From NCBI GenBank assembly GCA_001599295.1, contig BCGN01000003.1:1984001-2043343 (forward strand): a DNA stretch of 59,343 nt. Reading direction: 5' to 3'. Shown here piece by piece: positions 46,284-56,595 of this stretch. The first letter of the stretch is position 1. Each line of letters starts with the position of its first letter. Below the pieces are notes generated by a model. That model saw only the letters and a list, made by a program, of their open reading frames with translations. It did no database searches and was not told the origin of the DNA. Made by a program: the position numbers and the translations under genes. The stretch comes from Sporopachydermia quercuum (lineage: Eukaryota).

Positions 46284-47795
46284 TTAACTTTTTTCTGGCA
46301 GATTTTCAGCTTCAATACACTCAACATTTACGCTAGTAGAAGATTCTGAATCATGAATACTGACATCACCGAATAAGTATCCGATTTCTTCTAAAGCCAG
46401 ACCTTTAGTTTCAGGAAAAAACCAAAAGATACCCATAGAAACAATTGTAAGCACTATAAAAACAATGTAGTATCTCCAGCCTATGTTATTAAAAGCAGTC
46501 ACTGCAGGAGTTGTGAACAATAAAGACCCAACAAACATTCCACTAACTGACAAAGAGGCACCCTTAGATCGAATATGAGTAGGCCAAATCTCTGAAGTAT
46601 AGACATAACTGGAAGCGTCAATACATGAAGCAAAAAACAACAAATGAAAATAGATGAAGAAAACACCAGCACGATTTCCAGCAAGATTATCAGTGCCAGC
46701 AAACAAAGCTACCATTAACAATTCTCCCAAAATNGCTATCATTGTAAAGAACAACCCTGTAAGCAATAACTTCTTTCGTCCTACTTTGTCAAGCAGAAAC
46801 GCATTAATGGCATTGCCAAATATTCCCAGTGTAATGTAACCTGCCTGGAAAAACAATTGATCCAACGAACCGAATCCCAAAGATGCATATATAACAGGGC
46901 CATAATTTCCCACCACTTGAGTACCAGTACATTGAGCACAGAACATAGTCAGGAACCCAATCAGAGCCCGCTTGCGGTGGGGTTTCTGTTTGAATATACT
47001 CACCCAACTAGTTTGTTGGTTTTCGCTCCCAATCTTAGCCTTTAGATCTTCAAATTCAGATTCATAGTCAATGCGCAGCCTTTTCAAAGATGCAAGTGCC
47101 TGATCTTCTCTTTCTTTTTCTATAAGCCATCTAGGTGATTCTGGTAAGTACCAAATACAGCAGCATAAGATAATAGGAGCAGGTAGGAATAAAAATAAAG
47201 GAACTCGCCATTGTGCTTGATCATTGGATACAAAATAGAATCCTACATCAATCCAATTCACAAGTGTATAGCCAGTCATAATAAACACTCCATGAAGACC
47301 AACCAGAAGACCTCTAGTATTAGTAGGAGCAATTTCTGTTTGCCATAATGGTACCAGCATTACCAAGGCCCCAATACCCATTCCTGTAATAACTCTAGAT
47401 ACTAAAAGCATGGCAATGTGAACTGAAGCTCCCATCAATATCCCTCCAACAATACAAACTCCGCAGGCCAAAGAAATAGCCATTCTTCTTCCAAACTTCT
47501 CAGTGACCATTCCAGATGCAAGTGTGCCTATTAANCCCCCAGCTTGAAAAACACCATTAAATGCTCCAACAAGCTGACTAGCATTAGATCTGGTATCTAA
47601 ACCAAAATAACTGATGAAACTTGGTTGACCTGTTATAGTTCCCGATACACCAGAAGCGTATCCGTAAGTAATACTGCCCAAGCCGGCAAATATAATTATC
47701 TGAGCAGCAGTTAGTATGTGTTCTACAAGCTAAAATGACTGGAGTAACCAATATCTGCTGAAACATACCAACACTGTATATGTAGAAGCTTTCAT
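46284..47795 (-). CDS. MFS sugar-porter family transporter, 2 exons, ~480 aa
   Basis: Exon 1 47795-47769 (MKASTYTVL); intron 47768-47700 GTATGT...TACTAAC...CAG; exon 2 47699-46284. Motifs EKFGRR, EIAPTNTRG, PESPRWL, DKVGRK, SEIWPTHIRSKG, PETKGLALEEI. Confidence 0.9.
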
Positions 47796-49166
47796 TGTTA
47801 CTGATGTTTAACTCTGAAATGCCAATAGACTGATTCTCTGATTTAGCTATTCACTAGGATGTCTAGAAGGTGCACACCTCTGGTCTGATTATCAGATAGA
47901 AAAAAAATTATATTGTCTGAATATAGTAGCGGTTTTTCCAGCAAATGTCTTCTATTTAAATACTCTAAACAGCTTAACTGTTTTATAAATCAATGCAAGT
48001 AGACCATGCTATCCTTNCTCCAAATGAGATAGCTATCCATTCATCATAGTTATCTTTTTCCTCTTCTACACGTCTTATCGCTGTGTCAATTGTAATGCTC
48101 TCCATAATTTCTACTACTTCCAAACTACTAAAAGAACTCCTTGATCTATGAACATGTTTTCGAATCTGCTGATAAGCCATGTTCTAGCACTTATTGCTTC
48201 ACTCTGATAACTCATTTCATTGCGCTAAATACAATTCCGCAAAGGATAGGTTCGCTTAATGTTAAGCCGACATTTAAGGTTTTATATTGGTTCTGGGATA
48301 GGAACAACTAAGGAGAAGCGGTGGTAACGAAGAGTTGTAGCGGACCTTNATATTTNATCCCGCAAATGTCCTAGAGTAAGATACTAAATTCATCAAAATC
48401 TCCTGATTTCAAATTATCTGATTATATGCTTATTCATATTGTTCTAGCTATTGAGTGATATATAAGTATCTTCCCGTACTACTTATGTACATTTAAGATT
48501 GAGTAGTTCCACAGTTTGCATAACATTTGTGTGGACATAGACCTACCATGCATCTACGTACATCAAACTCAAAGTCTATTTTCTCACCGGAGTCTTTTAT
48601 ACTTAAGGTGTAGTAGATGGTCTTCTANAAAGCATAGGTAATACATATAAATATCTACTAATAAGCGCACATTTTCACACCGTAGGAAGATCTGAATATC
48701 GAATCAAGGATAAAAATAAGGTTGATTGAACTGAATTGCCAATAATGCTGGTGGATTGATTAGAAGTTCAGGTCTATTTCAATATATCTTCATCTCTACA
48801 GCGTCAATAATAACATGAAGGGATAACTTTATTGCCGTGGAAGTTGAATATCTAGCGATAGTGGTTTCAGTACAGTAGACTGTATAAAATGTTAAATCTT
48901 GAATCTATTGAAGTTTCTAAGTAGCTATTGAAAATAAATTTCTATTGGATGTTGAGTACTAAGAGCGCAGTTGGAAACAAGGCAAAAGAACTATTCAGTA
49001 GTTAATATTACCGATAGACAGGCCAACCAATAGGAGCTACCCAGTCCGATTGCGTCCTGTTGGAAACGGTACAACGCCTACGCCCTAGTTAAGGAAAAGA
49101 GCTTGATGAATGTACTTAGTTTTTGAGATACCTTAAGGTTGAAATGTAGAAATATCGCTGTTAAAT

Positions 49167-50252
49167 CTAAAATGCAATTTCACCAGGAAGATCCTTCAAC
49201 CTCGCAGCAGCTTGTTCTGCAGTAAAATCTCTTTGGGTCTCACAAAGAAGTTCAAAGCCGACCAAGAACTTTCTGACAGAAGCACTTCTTAATAATGGTG
49301 GGTAGAAGTGGATATGGAAATAAGAAACGTCGTACTCTTCATCGGAGCATTTGAAAGGACTCTGATGTATGCCCATTGAATAAGGAAAAGAGCATTTGAA
49401 TAGATTGTCATATTTAGCTGTCAATTTTCTCAAGATCTCAGCCAAATCTTCCTTCTGTTTCTCAGTAAATTCGCTGAGTGAATGTGTTTTGGATTTTGAT
49501 AGTAGCAAGGTCTCGAAAGGCCAGACTGCCCAGTAAGGAACTACCACCACGAATGAGTCGTTCTCTATAACCACTCGCTCATGTTTCTTGAGTTCCAATT
49601 TCAGGTAATCCTCCAGAAGATGGGCCCCATTATTCTTCTTAGAGTATGCAATTAGGNGATCTAGCTCAGTTCTTATCTCATTAGGTACAAAGTCTACAGC
49701 CCATACCTGACAATGAACATGAGGGTTTGAACATCCCATTGCTGCTCCTTTGTTTTCAAATATTTGGACATACTTGTAGGCAAATTCGGTGTCATCCCTC
49801 AATCGGTTGTAGGTCTCTTGCCAAGTATCAACTACATTTTTGACATCTCTTATAGGTAGAGAAGATAAAGTGAGATTATGTTTCGGAGAAAAACAAATAA
49901 CGAAGCATTTCCCTCGTGCTCCCTCTATTCTAAAAAGTTGACTCTCGACTGAGCTAGCTTCCTCCTCAACGTGATATTCTGGTTGATCTTGCCTAACCGC
50001 TGGAAAATCGTTCGGAAAGACATACGTAGATTTGTAGTTGGGGTTTACATCACCAGTGATTCTTTTATTTCCAGGACACAGGAAACATTTGGGATCATAT
50101 TCTGGAATGTCTTGTTTGGAGATTTCCTCCTGTTGTCCTAGCCAGGGTCTTTTGGTTCTGCGGGGAGAAACCAAAACAAATAGTCCAGTCAAAGGGTTAA
50201 ACCTTCGATGCGAGTAATCAGTCAGATCAAATGTTTGAGCCATAATGGTCAT
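49167..50252 (-). CDS. GAL7: Galactose-1-phosphate uridylyltransferase
   Basis: SHRRFNPL, RPWLGQQE, YDPKCFLCPGN.R, FENKGAAMGCSNPH.HCQ, VPYWAVWPFET, YDNLFKCSFPYSMGIHQ, FYPPLLRSASVRKFLVGFE. Start may be 50243. Active-site motif reads HVH. Confidence 0.93.
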   Translation of the reverse strand: MTIMAQTFDLTDYSHRRFNPLTGLFVLVSPRRTKRPWLGQQEEISKQDIPEYDPKCFLCPGNKRITGDVNPNYKSTYVFPNDFPAVRQDQPEYHVEEEASSVESQLFRIEGARGKCFVICFSPKHNLTLSSLPIRDVKNVVDTWQETYNRLRDDTEFAYKYVQIFENKGAAMGCSNPHVHCQVWAVDFVPNEIRTELDXLIAYSKKNNGAHLLEDYLKLELKKHERVVIENDSFVVVVPYWAVWPFETLLLSKSKTHSLSEFTEKQKEDLAEILRKLTAKYDNLFKCSFPYSMGIHQSPFKCSDEEYDVSYFHIHFYPPLLRSASVRKFLVGFELLCETQRDFTAEQAAARLKDLPGEIAF

Positions 50253-52930
50253 GCTAAATAAGTTGCTTCTTTATCTTTTGAATTCGCTGAGTCTAAGATT
50301 ACTATTTATGAANCTCGATTCCGAAAACTGGTTGAGCTGCCATACATCTATGATGCATTTTAACTGGAGAACATTATGTCATGCATATAATACAATACAG
50401 ACAAAACAAAGGGCACACAACCTAGTATGGCTGGCACATCTTGGAACTCGAAGACTTGAAAATAAGAACGGGCGATAGCCATGACTTGTTTCTCCATCCA
50501 CCGCACAACCACTCACTGTGATCAAGAACTGTAAAAGTTCATTATTACCGCCAGTTTCTTTCGGGAAGCTGAACTACCCGAACCGTAGGACACAACAAAG
50601 AATAAATCTCATTCCAAGCACGATTAGAGTTTTATGGGTACATGTAAGGCTCGATATTTAGAGTGATGTTTGGAACACTCAAATTGAAACGTGAAATATC
50701 AGGATCCAGACAGAATTTTGGAACTGACACATGTTATTAGAGTCTGAANTTAACAAAAACTGAAGCATTGTGTTGAACTTCTTGTTAGATGAAAGTACTA
50801 GATTAGTGTCCATTGGAGACAGAGGGCCTGGCTCCTCACCTTTATGGATCTAGTATGAGGTTGGGTTAGGTATGGGGAGGCAGTACCAAACCCAGTTATC
50901 GTAAGTGCTTCGTAACACTCGCAATACAATTCTAGTCACTTATTAAGTTTGAACTAATTTTAAACATAAGCCTTAGAATATAAGGCTTTTATGGTATATA
51001 AAGTTGGTACTCTNATTCCGAGAAGACTATAAAACTAAACCTTCCACNAGAAGTCTCGAACTGTTACATGGTTCAAATCAAGGTACCGTATACCTTACCG
51101 ATAAGAATATGCCAATCTTTAACAAGAAAAGAGATCTGGCAAAATTGAAACTGCTTTTACAGTTCACCCCAAAAACCGTTTCAAACGCTTGCGTACATTC
51201 TAAGATATACTCAAGAGAGATTGGCATCTTTAGCTACTTCTTTTACGTCTAAATCTCAACTATACTTCGTAAAGTAAAAATCTGAAATAAAACTTGTTTT
51301 GTCCTTGTCAACCTACATTCTTTGCAAGTTTAAGGTAAGCAGAAGGAGCGCAAAATAATCATAAGTATTTGATCGTATCTGCTATTGAAATTTGCAGAAA
51401 AATACGGCTGAAAATTACGAATTTGTGTATCTGCTACTGTTATGGAGAAAAGTAGGACTAGCAAGAGGTAAGATGAGTAGTCATTGCTTTCGGGTACGGC
51501 TACCATCTGTTGGCAACTCTCGAATGTGAAGAAATTATTTGAACGAGAACTCCAGTTTTTCATATGCTGGCCATTAATGATCTCTTTAGGATCTGTGATT
51601 TCTTTATTTTCAGGATTAACTTCTGAATAATACTAAAGCTTCAGAACGAAAAGTGAGACTTCCGACGTTTAGTTTGAAGAAGGNAACTAGCATCAGAAGT
51701 GAAGTCAAATGTTTCTGNCCTGCAAGAGATTTGGTGTNTCTCAACATTTCTTGTATGAAATAATTTAAATTTGAATAAGAATATAGTTGGAATCGTGCTT
51801 GGACTTGCCATTTCATCTATCCGGAACAACATGAGAACGGAAGCCTTACATTTTNATGCTTCTCAGCATTTGAAGTAATTTACCCTTAANTAGATTAGTA
51901 TGTAATAAACACACTTGTGAATACAATGATATTCCACTCTCATGATGCACCAAAAGTCAGCATAAATTACCATAATTGAGAGTGTGTGAGATGGTTGAGG
52001 AAAGAAAAAACTGCTCATCGTCTTTTGCAAATTGGAATAGGCATCCGGGTCTTTCCAGATGAGGGCNATAGCAGTTGGAAGGTTAGTAGGATATTTTATG
52101 ACTGCTTTTTGATTGACAAGATAGTAAAGTTCTTGCTCATCTACTTTTCACCTATTGCTAACTGTGAATGACTGAGCACCCACCTTCAAGAAAGAAGGAA
52201 AGTAGAAATCCGAATAACAAATTTTTGACTAATTGATTGCATCTACAGGAAACCTCATCAAGGCGACGGACGCTCTTATCTCTTTTCAGTTGAACTTTTG
52301 TTCGTATATGTTGGTAAACCTAATTGAGAATTTTCTAGTTAGCAAGTTAGCACATTGGGATTTCTTTCCTTGTAAATTGACCTGTCAAAAGACCAGCTAC
52401 AGCTCAGTATGATGCGAGCAAAAATACTGAGATGAANATATATGTAGATTCAGGCAATAGGTCCCAAAATAGATAGGCCCCTGTAAAAGGATTACCTTTG
52501 TTCGATGTCCTGGAGCCCCAGGGGATTGTCTGAAGGGATNAAATTAGATATTAATTTAACCGATTTCCTATTTCTGTTTGACAGAACTTTAGTTTGATGT
52601 GACACAAGCTGTTACACATCTGACATCTGTTGGTTCAACAGTTCTAATGTTTCAAATCTATTTCATTTTGTTATCCTTTCAATTATTAGTAAGGCTTATA
52701 GTTTCAGAATACCACAATAACTCAAATAACTGTAAAATCTGTTAAAGTTATCCGAAGTAAGAGGCAGTGATAGTTTTCCAGAAAAGAGCTAGAAAAATGA
52801 TGTGCTCAGATTGTACGAAGAATATAGATCGGAGCGGTAGGGAGAAGTCCGGAAGCGAACCTAGCTATTTTGAGATAAACATGANATCTGAATCTCGGTA
52901 TTTTTGGTCTACCAGAGAACAGAAAACTAA

Positions 52931-54493
52931 TCAGGTCTCTGAAATGTTTGAATATACATAGCTTCCATTTCCGGGAGGTGAGACAATAATCGCATTATCA
53001 ATCTCTTCCATGGTTATATTGGGGTAGTGCTTTCTATAATACTTCTCCACCAATACATCTTTCAAATGTTGAACTTCATCTTCCGNGATCAAATGAATAG
53101 TGCAACCTCCCCAACCTGCTCCAGTTAACCTTGATCCATAGCTGCCATTTTCTTCAGCTAAATCACACAGCTCCTCGATTTCAGGGCAAGAACAATCAAA
53201 TAAGCTAGAGCAGGCATCTTGAGATTGACGCAAAATGATTCCTAACTTTGTCAAGACATCAATAGCTGATCCAGAAGATTGCAGCTTTTCAGCTTCACTC
53301 AACGTATCAAGGAACTCTAGGACTCGAAGACTCTCGGAGTATACATGTCTTGCTCTTTTGAACAATTGGAATATAGAGAATCTAATTGGAAACTTCGATA
53401 GGAAGATTTGTTTGGTTTCTTCTTCAGTCTTTCCAAGAGCTTCAGCTATTTGATCCAAAGTGTACCCGCTTTTATATTGAAAGCATTCTCCGGTTAATTC
53501 CAGCATTTTATTCAATCTTCTCTTTCCCTGAAAAATTGAGCCATCCCATCTTTCTTCCCCTTGAGTTATGTAATATTCATCCATAAAGTTTCTTAAAGTG
53601 CCAGTGTTTAAATTACCATCTTTTGGCAATGTCAGATCAAACTTCTTGGCCAAAACCTCTGCGGCCATGCTAACTTCTGTCACTCTCAGATTNTATCTAA
53701 CTGGAGCAGTCTCATGTTTATTAGAGGTAATCAATGTATTTGCAATCAAAAATGTAATTTGAGGGTTTAGTTTCGGGAACNTGAAGGCCTCACTAGCTAG
53801 CTTTGGCTTGAAATGAACATATAAAGCACTTCCTTTTTCACCACAAATTGAAGCAGATTGATCTAAACCTCCGGTGCTCACTCCGACATAACTTTCCGAG
53901 ACAACTGCCATTTCCACCAGCTCATCACGATTGATGTTTTNGATGCCATTGCTTTTTAAGATCGCAACGATACCACAACAAACAAAAGCGGCACTAGAGC
54001 TTAGTCCTCCCCCTGTAGGAACAACACCATCGGCCAGCACCTTCATTCCGCAGCATTTCTTGATGCCGAACCTTTGGCCTTTCTTTTGAAAATACTCCTG
54101 GGCTACAATAAGGGCACATTTGAAATAGTTAGACCAATCAGACTTGGTTTGATCAATGGTAATCAATGATCCATCTTGTGGAACTTCAATCACACGAGAA
54201 GGAAAATTTGGACTTGTATTTGTCAATTCAATGGTCGTACCTTCCTGTAGTGTCTCTACTGCCATAATCACATCATTCTCAATGGCCATTGGCACAACTG
54301 AGAAATGAGAGTAGTCAACATGCTCTCCAATGATATTGACTCGGCCAGGACTTCTTGATACAAATTCAGGCTCTTTGTGATAAATGTCCTTGAATTTACT
54401 AAGTAAAGCTTTGTACCTTGGGATTTGATGGTTCGAATTGGAATATATCTCCTCCAACGAGNTGGAGGTTGGAACATAGACCTCCTTTTCCAT
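52931..54493 (-). CDS. GAL1: Galactokinase
   Basis: RSPGRVNIIGEHVDY, PTGGGLSSSAAF (retains the Ser-Ala pair that non-catalytic Gal3 lacks), GG.DQ, SNKHETAP..NLRV, RARHVYSESLRV, GSRLTGAGWGGC. Confidence 0.93.
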   Translation of the reverse strand: MEKEVYVPTSXSLEEIYSNSNHQIPRYKALLSKFKDIYHKEPEFVSRSPGRVNIIGEHVDYSHFSVVPMAIENDVIMAVETLQEGTTIELTNTSPNFPSRVIEVPQDGSLITIDQTKSDWSNYFKCALIVAQEYFQKKGQRFGIKKCCGMKVLADGVVPTGGGLSSSAAFVCCGIVAILKSNGIXNINRDELVEMAVVSESYVGVSTGGLDQSASICGEKGSALYVHFKPKLASEAFXFPKLNPQITFLIANTLITSNKHETAPVRXNLRVTEVSMAAEVLAKKFDLTLPKDGNLNTGTLRNFMDEYYITQGEERWDGSIFQGKRRLNKMLELTGECFQYKSGYTLDQIAEALGKTEEETKQIFLSKFPIRFSIFQLFKRARHVYSESLRVLEFLDTLSEAEKLQSSGSAIDVLTKLGIILRQSQDACSSLFDCSCPEIEELCDLAEENGSYGSRLTGAGWGGCTIHLIXEDEVQHLKDVLVEKYYRKHYPNITMEEIDNAIIVSPPGNGSYVYSNISET

Positions 54494-55129
54494 ATTACAG
54501 TATCTCCTCTAATCTATGCTTAATATAAACAGATCTTTTTTTTCTTCCGTTGTTTCCATATCCCTAACTCACTTCAGGTATTCTAAGTCTAGAAAAAGCN
54601 TTTGGGGAAAGTGATAATCNTACTGACCTTTTCAATCTTTATGTTTTAGTCGAAACTACAACGTCTTCACTCAGCTGCAAGGTATATAAAATCATAAAAA
54701 GATCCNTTGAGTACAAAGTTTCCAGTGACGCTCTGGATGGCGGTTTAGCTTTTTGCAATCCCTTGGGTATACATCTAAATCCTGTCATATTCATAAGGTT
54801 TCGAGCTAATATTTAATTTAACTTCTATTAACTTTTGAATTAAGCGAAGATAGTATTAGAGTTATGTGCGGATGATACCGCGAAANCTGACAATTTTTGT
54901 AGAAATTTCTNCAAGTTAGGNTGTGATAGGTNTTACATTAACTTGTTTAAAGAGAAATTGAAAAGTGAATGATAACAGAAGTGCGGTTAGGACCCATCAA
55001 AAGAGAAACATTCAAAAGTTGCTATAAATAGAGAGCCCTAGTTCCAGAGAGCTGCTAGATTCAGACTTGAAAATAGGTTGATCATCTTTACATATGGTTT
55101 CAAGAATAGTCAATGTTACAATAGACGGC

Positions 55130-56595
55130 TTTGAAATTCTAAGTCAGGAGTTTTTCCGAGAAGCCCCATACTGAAACTAGAGACTACTAGTGGGAGATAT
55201 ATACGCATACTTTNTTTCGTACGTCAAACACTTCATTCTGATGCGGACAGAAAGTGTGTCTGATTTCTCCACACTTCAACCCCTATGAGAAAATTGATCT
55301 GANTACTTTTTTCTTTCCTTTTCTTATTTTGCTGCCAGCAATGGTCCCGATATGTTTGTTACTGGATCTGTTTTATTCCAAATTGGTTATGAGGCAACTA
55401 ATGTTCTTCTCAGTATGGTTATTGCTGATGCTTCTGGATTGCAAAATAAAGCTGACCCCTTGGGGGTTTATTGGTTTTCCTTCTCTCTGAAATGCGTTTT
55501 GCTGCTCTTTGGCAGGTAATTGTGGAGATGGATATTTGGATTTGCTTATATTGAAACAGTAGTACTTTTTTCCATTGCAGGAATACTCAAATGCAACAAG
55601 CGGAAGTCTGTGAAGGCTGGGTTCTTGGAGATTGATCNTTCTGGAAAAGCATTCTGGTAGTCCATTGTTTACTANGTTCAATAATTTGATATTGTTGGAG
55701 TTTTTCTTTTGATAGGTTGCTCTCCTAGTATGTTTCTTGCCGTTCAGCCCAGACACATATAGCAGAGCAACCTATCAAAGAACTACTTTATTGCAATGAT
55801 AGTAAGAATTTTTCTGTTCCCGATCTTTGCGCTATGGAAAGAACACTGGTAANAGAAACATTTTGTGGAGTCTCATCTTTTCAAAGATAAAACTGTGGTA
55901 GAAGTTTGTCTTCCATCAGCAGTTATATTCTTCTACTACCATTTATGAGAATCTTAATTTTATNATTTTGTCATGGTGGTTTACCTCTAAGCTTCATAAA
56001 TGCTNGGAATACAAACTAGACATATTCTGTTAGATCTGTAATCAGTGCTTCACTGGTTGGGGGTTATATTCGCAAGTTCTCTTGGTTTAAGTGGAATTGA
56101 TTNGGTTTCTGAATGCACTTATACATGATTGGTACAGGACTGACATATTTCCAGAGAGGAAATAAGACATTCAGTATGATGTGATATATCAAATATTTTT
56201 GGAGTTACCGTTGACGTTGCATTTTTGCATGCTGCTAATATGACTGATGTTGCGATGATGATCGCACTTTTAGAGCCGTGGGAGGAATTACGGTAGCTAT
56301 TGAAGCAGCTTTATCTGGTGCTATTTATTGCAATCCGTTTCCTATTGGTTTGTAGGGAAATCTACCTGATGACGTAAAGCTATACTATTTTTATATTTAT
56401 GCTGGAGGATATGTTGTTCAGATAGACTATCTAGGTGGCAGCGATACCAGAAATTCTATTAATTATTTCGGGAGCCAAGCGCANAAATGTTCTTACATTA
56501 CGGCTTATGCATCTTGATGTTAGGAATTTTTGGTATCATAGTTTAGAAGGACTATAATATTCTGGATACGAAGCGTAAAGGGATAATTTTATTGT
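55130..56595 (+). pseudogene. Degraded siderophore-iron MFS transporter (ARN/SIT1/MirB family)
   Basis: Collinear fragments in shifting frames with stops: AASNGPDMFVTGSVLFQIGYEATNVLLSMVIADASGLQNK (from 55331), WRWIFGFAYI (55523), AFW*SIVY*VQ*FDIVGVFLL (~55640-55711), FIAMIV, GTGL, VAMMIALL, IEAALSGAIY, IYAGGYVVQIDYLGGSDTRNSI (~56395), KDYNILDTKRKG (~56550). The 5' boundary is approximate. Confidence 0.72.

Noticed and set aside
50863..50880. GGGTTAGGTATGGGGAGG as a telomeric seed
   Set aside because: Single non-repeated occurrence.
52507..52531. Minus-strand DNPLGLQD as a possible GAL10 'EDPLGIPNN' remnant
   Set aside because: Too short, and no flanking GAL10 motifs in register.
55373..55756. 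127-aa minus-strand ORF
   Set aside because: Antisense to the siderophore-transporter pseudogene; no recognisable features.
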